NCBI GenBank assembly: GCA_035358315.1 | Contig: DAOPPB010000002.1 | Coordinates: 1-55,669, forward strand | DNA: 55,669 bases | Reading direction: 5' to 3' | DNA from: a bacterium | GTDB taxonomy: Bacteria > Patescibacteriota > WWE3 > UBA101185 > UBA10185 | Part shown: positions 17,863 through 26,593 of the stretch, piece after piece | How positions within the stretch are numbered: the first letter of the stretch is position 1 | Layout of the letters: the number at the start of each line of letters is the position of its first letter | Notes under the pieces: model-generated | The model's database searches: none | What the model was told of the DNA's origin: nothing | The model's input: the letters and a program-made list of their open reading frames with translations, nothing else | Made by a program: the position numbers and the translations under genes

Positions 17863-19222
17863 TCTTCAATATTACACCAGAAACGCCTGAAGGTTGTTTA
17901 TCCAGTAGCTCAACTCCGTTGGTTCTTTTTCCGACAGCAAAGTATATGAATCCAAAAGATTCAATTTTCTTTCTATCCAAAAGATTTCTTCCGTCAAAAA
18001 TTACGGGATTTTTCAACATCGCCTTAACCCTTTCCAAATCAATATTTGCAAACTCTTTCCACTCAGTAAGTATAACTAAAGCGTCGGCATTATCCATTAC
18101 CTCATATTTATCCAGACAATATTCAATATTTGTTGTTCCTAAAACTCCTTTTGCATTGAACATTGCTTGAGGATCAAAAGCCTTTATTGCCGCCCCAAGA
18201 CCTCTTAATTGCTTTACAATCTCTACCGCCACAGAGTCTCTTATATCATCCGTATTTTCCTTAAAAGCTAAACCCAAAACACCTATTGTTTTTCCCGACA
18301 AATTTTTTCCAAAGTATCGAGTTATCTTGGAAACGAAGTAATTTTTCTGAATTTCATTAACTTCCATGACACCTCTGAGAAGTTTGAAATCGTAAGCCTG
18401 ATCGGTTGACGTCTTGTACAATGCCGCGACATCTTTTGGAAAACAGCTCCCCCCATACCCAATTCCTGCATTCAAAAATTTAGGGCCTATTCTGCTATCC
18501 AAACCCATTCCTTTAGCAACAACGGAGACGTCCGCCCCAGACCTTTCGCATATCTGAGCCATTTCATTTATAAATGATATTTTGGAGGCAAGAAAAGCGT
18601 TGGAGGCATATTTCACCATCTCCGCAGATTTTAAATCGCACTCCACAATCGGTTTTCCCAAATGCTCATATAGACTTCTCATAATGGAAAACGCTTTTTC
18701 CGAATCCGAACCTATTACGGTTCTATCAGGGTTTTTCATGTCCTCAACCGAATATCCTTCTCTTAAAAATTCCGGGTTAGATACAATATCGAAATCAACA
18801 TTCGTTGTAAGATTATCTTTTATAACTTTTTTCATTTTCTCATTTGTCCCTACGGGAACCGTGCTTTTAGTGACAATCACCTTGTAATTGTTCAAATTCT
18901 TCCCGATATCTTCTGCTACTTTCCAAACCGCAGATAGGTCGGCGTCTCCGGTTTCACTTTGAGGAGTTCCCACACAAATAAAAATCACATCAGACTTTTC
19001 AACTCCTTCTGATAAAGATGTGGTAAAGGATAACCTGTTTTCAGAAATATTTTTTAATACGATTTCGGAAAGACCGGGCTCATATATCGGCATGTCGCCT
19101 TTTTTTATTCTCTCAATTTTTTCGGCATCTATATCAACACCTATAACCTCGTTACCCCAATCGGAAAAAACAGCGGCTCCAACCAAACCGACATAACCTG
19201 TACCTATAACGCATATTTTCAT
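17852..19222 (-). CDS. ugd: UDP-glucose 6-dehydrogenase
   Basis: MKICVIGTGYVGLV Rossmann N-terminus, PIYEPGL, and GGSCFPKDV catalytic Cys motif. ATG 19222 is preferred over the GTG at 19237 used by the ORF track. Confidence 0.9.
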   Translation of the reverse strand: MKICVIGTGYVGLVGAAVFSDWGNEVIGVDIDAEKIERIKKGDMPIYEPGLSEIVLKNISENRLSFTTSLSEGVEKSDVIFICVGTPQSETGDADLSAVWKVAEDIGKNLNNYKVIVTKSTVPVGTNEKMKKVIKDNLTTNVDFDIVSNPEFLREGYSVEDMKNPDRTVIGSDSEKAFSIMRSLYEHLGKPIVECDLKSAEMVKYASNAFLASKISFINEMAQICERSGADVSVVAKGMGLDSRIGPKFLNAGIGYGGSCFPKDVAALYKTSTDQAYDFKLLRGVMEVNEIQKNYFVSKITRYFGKNLSGKTIGVLGLAFKENTDDIRDSVAVEIVKQLRGLGAAIKAFDPQAMFNAKGVLGTTNIEYCLDKYEVMDNADALVILTEWKEFANIDLERVKAMLKNPVIFDGRNLLDRKKIESFGFIYFAVGKRTNGVELLDKQPSGVSGVILKNGN

Positions 19223-19250
19223 AAATTTTGGATACACCTCTCAAATTTAA

Positions 19251-20036
19251 CTATTTACTCTTTTGGGAGGAAGAGGTGTTTTGGACAGTTTTATATTTCC
19301 CCCTCAAAAGTCTGAATTTTATCTGTAAAACCTCAAAGGCCATTTTCAGAGAGTCGCTCACCGGACTGACTCTTGTAGTTTTTACGTACACCCACGTGAC
19401 AGGAACGGACTTTATTTTATACCCCAAACTCTTTGCAAGCAACAAAACTTCAACATCCCATGCTCCCGTATATGGCTTTTTTAATTCCTTGGCGTTTTTC
19501 AAAGTATACATTCTCGGAAAAATATCCTGAACACATTTTTTTGTAAAAAGCTTAAAACCGCATTGGGTATCCTTCATATCGGGCAAAGCAACAAGTCTTA
19601 CAAGGAGGTTGAAAACTCTCCCCATAAGATGCCTGTGGAAAGGCTCATTCACTCTTTCAGCGCCTATACCCTCTCTCGAAGCAATCACAATATCATATCC
19701 CTGCTCTTCCGCCCAAACCGACAACTTTTTTAACTCCGAAATAGGTGTCGAAAGATCCGCGTCGGCCATATAGATATAATCTCCCTCAGCCTGCATAAAA
19801 GCTGACCATACCGTCGGTCCTTTTCCCCGATGCAAATTTTTTACTATCTTAAGTTCGGGATTTTCTTTCATCAACTGCTCTACGATGGAAACAGTTGAAT
19901 CGGTACTTCCGTCGTCGGAAATCAAGAGTTCAAAAGAATCGGGAGAAAAATTTCTCATAAAATTCAATATCTGCACGATAGTTGAAGATATTTTATCGGC
20001 TTCGTTATAAGCCGGAACAACAATTGAATATTTCAT
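19251..20036 (-). CDS. GT2, dolichyl/polyprenyl-phosphate beta-glucosyltransferase-like
   Basis: 261 aa. YSIVVPAYNEADKI...ISDDGSTDST...ADADLSTP motifs. TAATG overlap with the upstream gene. Confidence 0.75.
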   Translation of the reverse strand: MKYSIVVPAYNEADKISSTIVQILNFMRNFSPDSFELLISDDGSTDSTVSIVEQLMKENPELKIVKNLHRGKGPTVWSAFMQAEGDYIYMADADLSTPISELKKLSVWAEEQGYDIVIASREGIGAERVNEPFHRHLMGRVFNLLVRLVALPDMKDTQCGFKLFTKKCVQDIFPRMYTLKNAKELKKPYTGAWDVEVLLLAKSLGYKIKSVPVTWVYVKTTRVSPVSDSLKMAFEVLQIKFRLLRGKYKTVQNTSSSQKSK

Positions 20037-21160
20037 TATTTTTTATCCTTCCAAATTACCCTGCTATAAACACAATAGTTCCAGATCAACCCTAAAATCA
20101 CCCCTATAAGAAAAGTAATGTTTGAAACCCAAAAAGTGTCTCCGAACCTGGAGACGGCAAATTTTATCATCTGAGAACGGAAAAAGATAGGGATATAAGA
20201 GGAGATTATATAAACAATAAAGCCCGTAATTTTTTTCCCCGCCCCTTCAATTTTGTTTTTCTTAAATGACCAAAAATTATTAAGAGTGAAGGTTGTTAAC
20301 ATCGCTATAAACCCGGAGATAAGAGACGAAACCTTAGGATTTTTTGTGTAAACTCTCAAAGCATTGAAAATTCCGGTATCAACAAGAAAACCTATAAGAC
20401 CCACCATACAAAACTTCAGAAATTTTTGGGTGTCTGGGTCACTTAAACGCAACTTTAAGACCACCTTCAAGGAATCGCCCAGATTATTGCCTTCCATTTT
20501 GGATTCCCCTTCGTCTCTTAGCCCGAAGTGTATTGGCACTTCCTTTATTTTTGCTCCTGCTTTATGCATTTTGTACAAAAGATCCATTTTGTAAGCAAAT
20601 CCTTTGGACAGAATATTATCAAGGTCTATACTATCGACGTAACCTTTAACCCTGGAAACTTTATATCCGGTCGTAAAATCATTCACACCTTTTATTCCCA
20701 GAACAACTTTAGAGACTAAGTTTCCCGCTTTGCTGAAAAGCTTCCTTTTAAAACCCCATTCTTTTGGAATGCTACCGCCTTTGGTAAAACGGGATCCGAT
20801 TATATAATCATAACCATTATCTATTTCCTTTATTAAATTCTTTAATTCCTTCGGGTCGTGCTGAAAATCTGCATCCATTTCCACCAAAACATCGGCGCCA
20901 AGCTCTTTCATCGCATATTTAAAACCGTAAACATAGGCCACTCCAAGACCGGCTTTCTTTTCCTCCATAAGCAAATGAACAAAATCGTACTGCTTCATTT
21001 TTTCCCTGACAACATCGGCGGTACCATCGGGGGAGTTTCCTTCCACAACAAGAATATGCATTTCATGAGGAATTTCCTTAAACTCGGCACTTAAAGCATC
21101 TATAAGGCGCCCGATATTTTTAGCTTCATTATAGGTGGGGATAACTACAACTATTTTCAT
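20036..21160 (-). CDS. GT2 polyprenyl-phosphate mannose synthase-like domain fused to a C-terminal GtrA-like membrane domain
   Basis: 374 aa. VVIPTYNEAKNI...EGNSPDGT...EMDADFQHDP (Dpm1-like), then FLKFCMVGLIGFLVDTGIFNAL...LNNFWSF with 4 TM segments (GtrA-like). Confidence 0.8.
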   Translation of the reverse strand: MKIVVVIPTYNEAKNIGRLIDALSAEFKEIPHEMHILVVEGNSPDGTADVVREKMKQYDFVHLLMEEKKAGLGVAYVYGFKYAMKELGADVLVEMDADFQHDPKELKNLIKEIDNGYDYIIGSRFTKGGSIPKEWGFKRKLFSKAGNLVSKVVLGIKGVNDFTTGYKVSRVKGYVDSIDLDNILSKGFAYKMDLLYKMHKAGAKIKEVPIHFGLRDEGESKMEGNNLGDSLKVVLKLRLSDPDTQKFLKFCMVGLIGFLVDTGIFNALRVYTKNPKVSSLISGFIAMLTTFTLNNFWSFKKNKIEGAGKKITGFIVYIISSYIPIFFRSQMIKFAVSRFGDTFWVSNITFLIGVILGLIWNYCVYSRVIWKDKK

Positions 21161-21166
21161 AAACTT

Positions 21167-21427
21167 TTAAAAACTAAGAACCGAAAAGAAAAGTAAAAAC
21201 ACCAAAAGTCCGAAAAGCACATACTCGTACACTATGTTTTTCGTAAGCTTTCCTCTTATCAAATGATGAATAACACCCCAAACAATATAAGAAGCAGAGC
21301 CTACACCGCTAAGAAAAATCAACATTCCTTTGTTAAATCTGAATTTGTATATCAGTACCATGAAAGTTGCTATAGCTACAAGAAGTATGAAGTATTCCAC
21401 TCTGTTTTCCTTAATATTTTCCATCAT
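21167..21427 (-). CDS. small hypothetical membrane protein (3 predicted TM segments)
   Basis: 86-aa ORF in the co-directional array with three hydrophobic stretches. No recognisable family. Confidence 0.4.
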   Translation of the reverse strand: MMENIKENRVEYFILLVAIATFMVLIYKFRFNKGMLIFLSGVGSASYIVWGVIHHLIRGKLTKNIVYEYVLFGLLVFLLFFSVLSF

Positions 21428-21445
21428 AAAGTTAAATTTACTCCT

Positions 21446-22495
21446 TTATATTACCAATCCCGGTTTGAATACCAACCATATACTAATTATAACAACGACC
21501 AAAACCATAAAGTGAGCTAAGGTTAAACCCGTAAATTTTCTTATACCCTTCTTTCTGGAATAAATTATGTCCAAAGCCAAAAGAACGCTGACAAAAATAC
21601 CGAAAGCCAAACTTACCGTCTTCGTTGCAGTTGTAATATCTATTGCAGGATTAGCGTTTGATTGCACCAAATAAGATCCTTCTGCCAAATATTCTTCTTT
21701 TCCGACCTCTGAAGAAGGAGTTTCCTGCGAATTTTCTTGTTCCGGTGAAGATACGGATTCCCCTAAACTTTCTGAAGCCGGCTCAATCCCTTCGGCGCTG
21801 GCCTTATTTTCGCCCGGTAATCCTTTTTCATCTCCCACAGTTGCCAACATTGAAGGCTGGCGCGGTCTTCCGAACATCTGAACAACAAGAGTAGTTTCGT
21901 ATCCGTCCATAACACCATTAACAACCGCAAAACCCACTTCGTCGTAATTGGCACCGATAAGGTTGCTCTTATGGGAAGGAGATTTAAACCAAGCTTCAAC
22001 TACTTCTTTGGAATTGGAAAAATTTTTAGCCAGATTTTCTCCCGCATATATATAGTCATAACCTTCGTCCAAAATGAAATCCCATGGTTCGGTGCCATCC
22101 GGAGCAACATGAGCCCAATACCCATCCTTGAACATATCCTGGGCTTTTTTCTCCGCAGCGGCAGATAATTCTGCATTTAACTTTAAGGGAGGAACACCAT
22201 TTTCCTTTCTCTTTTGATTCGTGTATTTCAAAAGATCCGATATAGTTATATTGGATGCATAACCCAAAACACCCGGAGCAAACTTCGGTACAAATCTGAA
22301 AACAACACTTACAAATACTATTAATACGCAGTAGATAAGAATAGCCTTATTATCAAGAAGATCGGCTCTTTTCTTTTTATCTTCCCGGGGGAGAAAATGG
22401 TAAACAAACTGGTATTTCTCTATGGATTTTGGATGCTTTCTCCAATATTTAATAACATTTGAATTTTCGTCTCGACTTTTGTTGTGGTCAAACAT
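21446..22495 (-). CDS. CAP/SCP (YkwD-like) domain protein, membrane anchored, with acidic Ser/Glu/Pro linker
   Basis: 349 aa. N-terminal TM segment; LNAELSAAAEKKAQDM...GENLA...EVVEAWFKSPSHKSNL CAP-domain motifs; linker ...ASAEGIEPASESLGESVSSPEQENSQETPSSE...; two C-terminal TM segments. Confidence 0.7.
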   Translation of the reverse strand: MFDHNKSRDENSNVIKYWRKHPKSIEKYQFVYHFLPREDKKKRADLLDNKAILIYCVLIVFVSVVFRFVPKFAPGVLGYASNITISDLLKYTNQKRKENGVPPLKLNAELSAAAEKKAQDMFKDGYWAHVAPDGTEPWDFILDEGYDYIYAGENLAKNFSNSKEVVEAWFKSPSHKSNLIGANYDEVGFAVVNGVMDGYETTLVVQMFGRPRQPSMLATVGDEKGLPGENKASAEGIEPASESLGESVSSPEQENSQETPSSEVGKEEYLAEGSYLVQSNANPAIDITTATKTVSLAFGIFVSVLLALDIIYSRKKGIRKFTGLTLAHFMVLVVVIISIWLVFKPGLVI

Positions 22496-22520
22496 TACAG
22501 ATAATTATACACCACAAAAC

Positions 22521-23138
22521 CTACTCTAATCCCTTTAGTACAAGTTGAAAAACCTCATCGGGGGAACCTTCGCCGTTAACCTCTACCAAATTTCCCTGTT
22601 TTCTAAAATAATCTATAACCTTCGTTGTTTCTTTATTAAAAATGGCTAATCTTGTTTTAACAGCTTCTTCGACATCATCTTCTCTCTGCACTAATTTTCC
22701 TCCGCAAAAATCACATATCCCATCAACTTTAGGTGGGACGGATACAACATTAAAAACCGCACCGCAATTCTCACAGGTTCTTCTGGAAGATATTCTTTTA
22801 ATTGAAGTTTCGGGGGAAATATTTATAAAAATTACTTTATCAAAGCCGGGATTAAAATAATCAAGATCCTCCAAAGTTCTTCCCCACCCGTCAAAAATAA
22901 ACCCATTCCCATAAATATCCTTGGAGATTTCCGATTTCAAAATTTCTGATACCAAATTCTGAGGAGCAAGTTCGCCTTTATCTACATAATTTTCAATCTC
23001 ATCTTTTCCGGGATAGTCATCAGGCAAATCTCTTAAAATCTGACCGACGGAAACAAGAGGGATATTTAAATGCTGACTTAGTTTTTTCCCTATTGTTCCT
23101 TTACCGCAACCTTGCGGTCCTATTAAAAGTAATTTCAT
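22521..23138 (-). CDS. adk: adenylate kinase (zinc-lid type)
   Basis: LLIGPQGCGKGT P-loop. CENCG...CDFCGG Cys4 lid. Confidence 0.93.
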   Translation of the reverse strand: MKLLLIGPQGCGKGTIGKKLSQHLNIPLVSVGQILRDLPDDYPGKDEIENYVDKGELAPQNLVSEILKSEISKDIYGNGFIFDGWGRTLEDLDYFNPGFDKVIFINISPETSIKRISSRRTCENCGAVFNVVSVPPKVDGICDFCGGKLVQREDDVEEAVKTRLAIFNKETTKVIDYFRKQGNLVEVNGEGSPDEVFQLVLKGLE

Positions 23139-23161
23139 AAAATATTAAAAAAGAGAAAAAC

Positions 23162-23428
23162 CTAGAGATCGGGAAGCCCCAAATCCTTTAGCTGACCCCG
23201 CATCTGCTTCTCAACTTTTTTGTCTACATCACCGAAAGTGTCGTTGATAAGATCTTTGAGATCTTTTTGATCTTCTCCGTCTATTTCAAGCCTCTGTATT
23301 TTCTTATCCCCCCTGACCACAATCTTAATACCGTCTTTTTCACGCGTAGCTGATATCTCTTCCATCTGCTTTTTAATCTTACTCTGAGCCTGTTTAAATT
23401 TGTTTAATTCTCTAACTTTATCAAACAT
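23162..23428 (-). CDS. YbaB/EbfC-family nucleoid-associated protein-like (short)
   Basis: 88 aa. The KQAQSKIKKQMEEI...DGIKIVVRGDKKIQRLEID...LKDLINDTF pattern resembles YbaB. Confidence 0.55.
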   Translation of the reverse strand: MFDKVRELNKFKQAQSKIKKQMEEISATREKDGIKIVVRGDKKIQRLEIDGEDQKDLKDLINDTFGDVDKKVEKQMRGQLKDLGLPDL

Positions 23429-23459
23429 AGAAATATTTTATCAAAATTATCAAAAAGAT

Positions 23460-24716
23460 TTATCCTAAAAATTTCTCGTAACTTCTCGTAGCGGTAAGAG
23501 ATTCTACCTGTCTGACCGTCTCCAATACAACAGAAACTGAAATCAACAAACTGGTACCCCCTATGGATATAGCATTAGGACCAAATATAAAACTTGTCAA
23601 ATACGGAAGTATAGCAATTATTCCTAAAAACAACGAACCTATAAGCGTGGTCCTTGAAACAATTTTTTTCAAATATTGAGAAGTCGATGTTCCCGGTCTT
23701 ATTCCAGGGATAAATCCTCCTCTTTTCTTAACATCATCCGCTATTTTATCAGGATTAAATTCAATGAAGGTATAAAAAAAGGTAAAAGCTAAAACCAGGA
23801 GAAAATAAAAAACGTTGTAAAGTAGAGACGTGGTTTGAAAATGGGTTGTCAAAAAAGCTCCTATTCCCGTTAATTTAGGATTTCCGGAAGCCATTAAAGG
23901 ACCGCCTATCATCCCGGGAATTGAAACTATGGATACCGCAAATATTATAGGAATCACCCCCGCCTGATTTATCTTTATGGGAAGATAGTTTGTAACTTTT
24001 TGAGACCTCTCGCTACTTCTCCCGTACTCTAAAAGAATATTTCTTGTCCCTTCATTTACTAAAACTACTCCTATTATTGTCAGTAAAACCAAAACGAGCA
24101 TTAAAATAGTGATTAAATAATTGGAAGAAGTAATTCTCGTTACGGTAACAGCTACTGTAGAGGGTAATCTGCTGACTATGGATATAAAAATAAGTATTGA
24201 AATTCCATTTCCTATCCCATGCTCAGTTAACAGATCACCGAGCCAAACTAAAAACATTGAGCCTGCCATAAATGTAAAAAGCAAAATTACCAAATCGGTA
24301 GAATGAAGGGTATTAATGATTCCCTGCTTACTAAGCAAGAAGTAAATCCCGTATGATTGAATAAGGGACATGGGAACCGCCAATAATTTCGTGTACATAT
24401 TTATTTTTTCTTGGCCGTATTCACCCTCTTTAGCCATTTCTTCCAAAGAAGGAATAAGCATAGTTAGAAGCTGAACAATAATGGAGGCGTTTATGTAAGG
24501 TCCTAAACCAAGAGTAACGATGGAAAAATTCTGAAAACCTCCGCCGCTAAAAAGGTCAAAAAAACCAAAAAATACACTTTGCTCAAGGTATGTCTTAATA
24601 GCTGAAGTATCAACACCCGGAACCGGTATGTGAGCCAAAAGACGAAATATGGCAACTATAAAAATGGTAAAAACTATCTTCTTCCTCAGCTCGGGAAGTT
24701 TAAATATTTTGAACAT
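23460..24716 (-). CDS. secY: preprotein translocase subunit SecY
   Basis: 418 aa. LGLGPYINASIIVQLL and 10-TM architecture. Canonical position after rplO. Confidence 0.95.
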   Translation of the reverse strand: MFKIFKLPELRKKIVFTIFIVAIFRLLAHIPVPGVDTSAIKTYLEQSVFFGFFDLFSGGGFQNFSIVTLGLGPYINASIIVQLLTMLIPSLEEMAKEGEYGQEKINMYTKLLAVPMSLIQSYGIYFLLSKQGIINTLHSTDLVILLFTFMAGSMFLVWLGDLLTEHGIGNGISILIFISIVSRLPSTVAVTVTRITSSNYLITILMLVLVLLTIIGVVLVNEGTRNILLEYGRSSERSQKVTNYLPIKINQAGVIPIIFAVSIVSIPGMIGGPLMASGNPKLTGIGAFLTTHFQTTSLLYNVFYFLLVLAFTFFYTFIEFNPDKIADDVKKRGGFIPGIRPGTSTSQYLKKIVSRTTLIGSLFLGIIAILPYLTSFIFGPNAISIGGTSLLISVSVVLETVRQVESLTATRSYEKFLG

Positions 24717-25163
24717 CTAAATTAAATTTGAACCGGAACTTTTAATTTTCTCCCCGGCTTTTTTTGAATATTTAAATCCTTTCAAAGATATCTTCTTCTT
24801 TAATTCTCCACCCGATAGTATCTTTACACCCTGTTTAGGTACCCTTTTTATTATCTTTTTTTCAGCCAAGATCTCAGGAGTTATTTCTTCACCGTCTTTA
24901 AATTTATTAAACACATCTAAATTTACCGCTTGAAGTTTTTCCGCGCTTAAACCATGGGTATTAAAACCACCTATCTTCGGCAATTTCTTATAAAGAGGCG
25001 ACTGCCCACCTTCAAAACCCAAACTCGGTTTAGTTCCTCTTCTGGCCTTCTGGCCTTTTGTTCCTTTTCCTACCGTGTGTCCTCCTTTCCCACTACCTCT
25101 TCCCCTGCCTAGTCTTTTAGCCTTTTTTTCAATTTTTAGTTTTTCAAGATTATGTAGTTCCAT
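24717..25163 (-). CDS. rplO: 50S ribosomal protein L15
   Basis: GRGRGSGKGGHTVGKGTKGQKARRG motif and operon position. Confidence 0.95.
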   Translation of the reverse strand: MELHNLEKLKIEKKAKRLGRGRGSGKGGHTVGKGTKGQKARRGTKPSLGFEGGQSPLYKKLPKIGGFNTHGLSAEKLQAVNLDVFNKFKDGEEITPEILAEKKIIKRVPKQGVKILSGGELKKKISLKGFKYSKKAGEKIKSSGSNLI

Positions 25164-25167
25164 ATTT

Positions 25168-25671
25168 TTACTTTTTTAATTTTTGCAAGGCCTGTATTGC
25201 GCACCTGACATTCAAAAGTTTGTTATTTGAACCCAACACTTTGGAAGAAACATTTTTTATTCCCGCCATCTCCATAACTATTCTTACAGGCCCTCCGGCT
25301 ATAACCCCCGTTCCTTCGGGAGCGGGCCTTAACATTATTCTGGAGGCTCCGACCTTAGCATTTACCTCATGTGCGATAGTCTTACCCGATATTTTCACAT
25401 CATAAATATTCTTTTTTGCCGCAGCTACAGCTTTTCCTATAGCATCCGCAACATTCTGAGCCTTTCCATAACCATAACCGACTTTACCGTTTCTATTCCC
25501 TACAACAACTAAAACTGCAAACCCAATCGCATTTCCTCCTTTAATCTTTTTGGAAACTCTTTTTATTTCAATAATTCTCTCTTCGAATTCTGTGATCCTG
25601 GTAGCTTTTATATGCTTCTCATCGTTTATATTCTTGCTTTCACCTTTTGGCGCCGCTTCTGAAGATTTCAT
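25168..25671 (-). CDS. rpsE: 30S ribosomal protein S5
   Basis: IEIKRVSKKIKGGNAIGFAVLVVVGNRNGKVGYGYGKA motif. Confidence 0.95.
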   Translation of the reverse strand: MKSSEAAPKGESKNINDEKHIKATRITEFEERIIEIKRVSKKIKGGNAIGFAVLVVVGNRNGKVGYGYGKAQNVADAIGKAVAAAKKNIYDVKISGKTIAHEVNAKVGASRIMLRPAPEGTGVIAGGPVRIVMEMAGIKNVSSKVLGSNNKLLNVRCAIQALQKLKK

Positions 25672-26027
25672 AATTCCAGGCCTCCTTCCCTGGCTCCGTC
25701 GGCAAGAGCTTTTACTCTGCCATGATATTTATAACCGCCTCTATCAAAGACCACATTTTTAACATTTTTTTCTAAAGCTTCCTTAGCCAACTCTTTCCCT
25801 ACTTCGAAGGATTCCTGTACCTTAGTCTTGTTCTTTCTGTCCTTAATCTTAGCTGAAGAATACTCTGCTATAGTAACACCTTTCTCATCGTCTATTACCT
25901 GAGCATAAATATTGGTACTTGACCTAAAAACGGATAACCTGGGTCTTTTCGTCGTACCGAAAACTTTGGCTCGGATACCCAATTTTCTTCTTTCTCTATT
26001 GCTTTTTCTTAATTTAACGTGGTACAT
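25668..26027 (-). CDS. rplR: 50S ribosomal protein L18
   Basis: RPRLSVFRSSTNIYAQVIDDEKG motif. ATG 26027 sits 1 nt after the rplF stop. Confidence 0.93.
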   Translation of the reverse strand: MYHVKLRKSNRERRKLGIRAKVFGTTKRPRLSVFRSSTNIYAQVIDDEKGVTIAEYSSAKIKDRKNKTKVQESFEVGKELAKEALEKNVKNVVFDRGGYKYHGRVKALADGAREGGLEL

Positions 26028-26028
26028 A

Positions 26029-26592
26029 TTATGCCGCTCCTCCCGGCGTTCCAATCTTTCCTGCCTTACCGGCTTTCTTTCTTACCACCTCCCCCTGATA
26101 CCTTATCCCCTTTCCTTTATAAGGTTCGGGCTTTCTTATTCCCCTGATTTTAGATGCAGTCAAACCTACAAGATTCTTATCAGAACCGGACACAGTAATG
26201 TGGGTATTATCCTCAACCCCAAGCTCTACCCCCTCGGGAGATTTAAATTCCACCGGATGAGAAAAACCGACCGTTAAAGATATTTCTCTCGGAGAAACCG
26301 ACTTTGCTCTGTACCCGACACCGACAAGTTCCAATTTTTTTTCAAATTTTTCTGTTACACCTTTTATCATATTGGCTATCGTAGCTCTCGTTGTACCCCA
26401 TAATGCAGAAGATTTCTTGTTCTTTCCAACCATCTCAACATAAACAAACTTGTCATCCTTTTTTACAGCAACATCGTGGGAAAATTCAAAAGACAAACTT
26501 CCTTTCGGTCCTTTTACAACAACAGTATTTTCCGTTATATCAACGGACGCACCCTGTGGAATTTCAATTGGCATTTTTCCTATTCTACTCAT
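26029..26592 (-). CDS. rplF: 50S ribosomal protein L6
   Basis: MSRIGKMPIEIPQGASVD start at ATG 26592, immediately after the rpsH stop. Confidence 0.95.
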   Translation of the reverse strand: MSRIGKMPIEIPQGASVDITENTVVVKGPKGSLSFEFSHDVAVKKDDKFVYVEMVGKNKKSSALWGTTRATIANMIKGVTEKFEKKLELVGVGYRAKSVSPREISLTVGFSHPVEFKSPEGVELGVEDNTHITVSGSDKNLVGLTASKIRGIRKPEPYKGKGIRYQGEVVRKKAGKAGKIGTPGGAA

Positions 26593-26593
26593 T

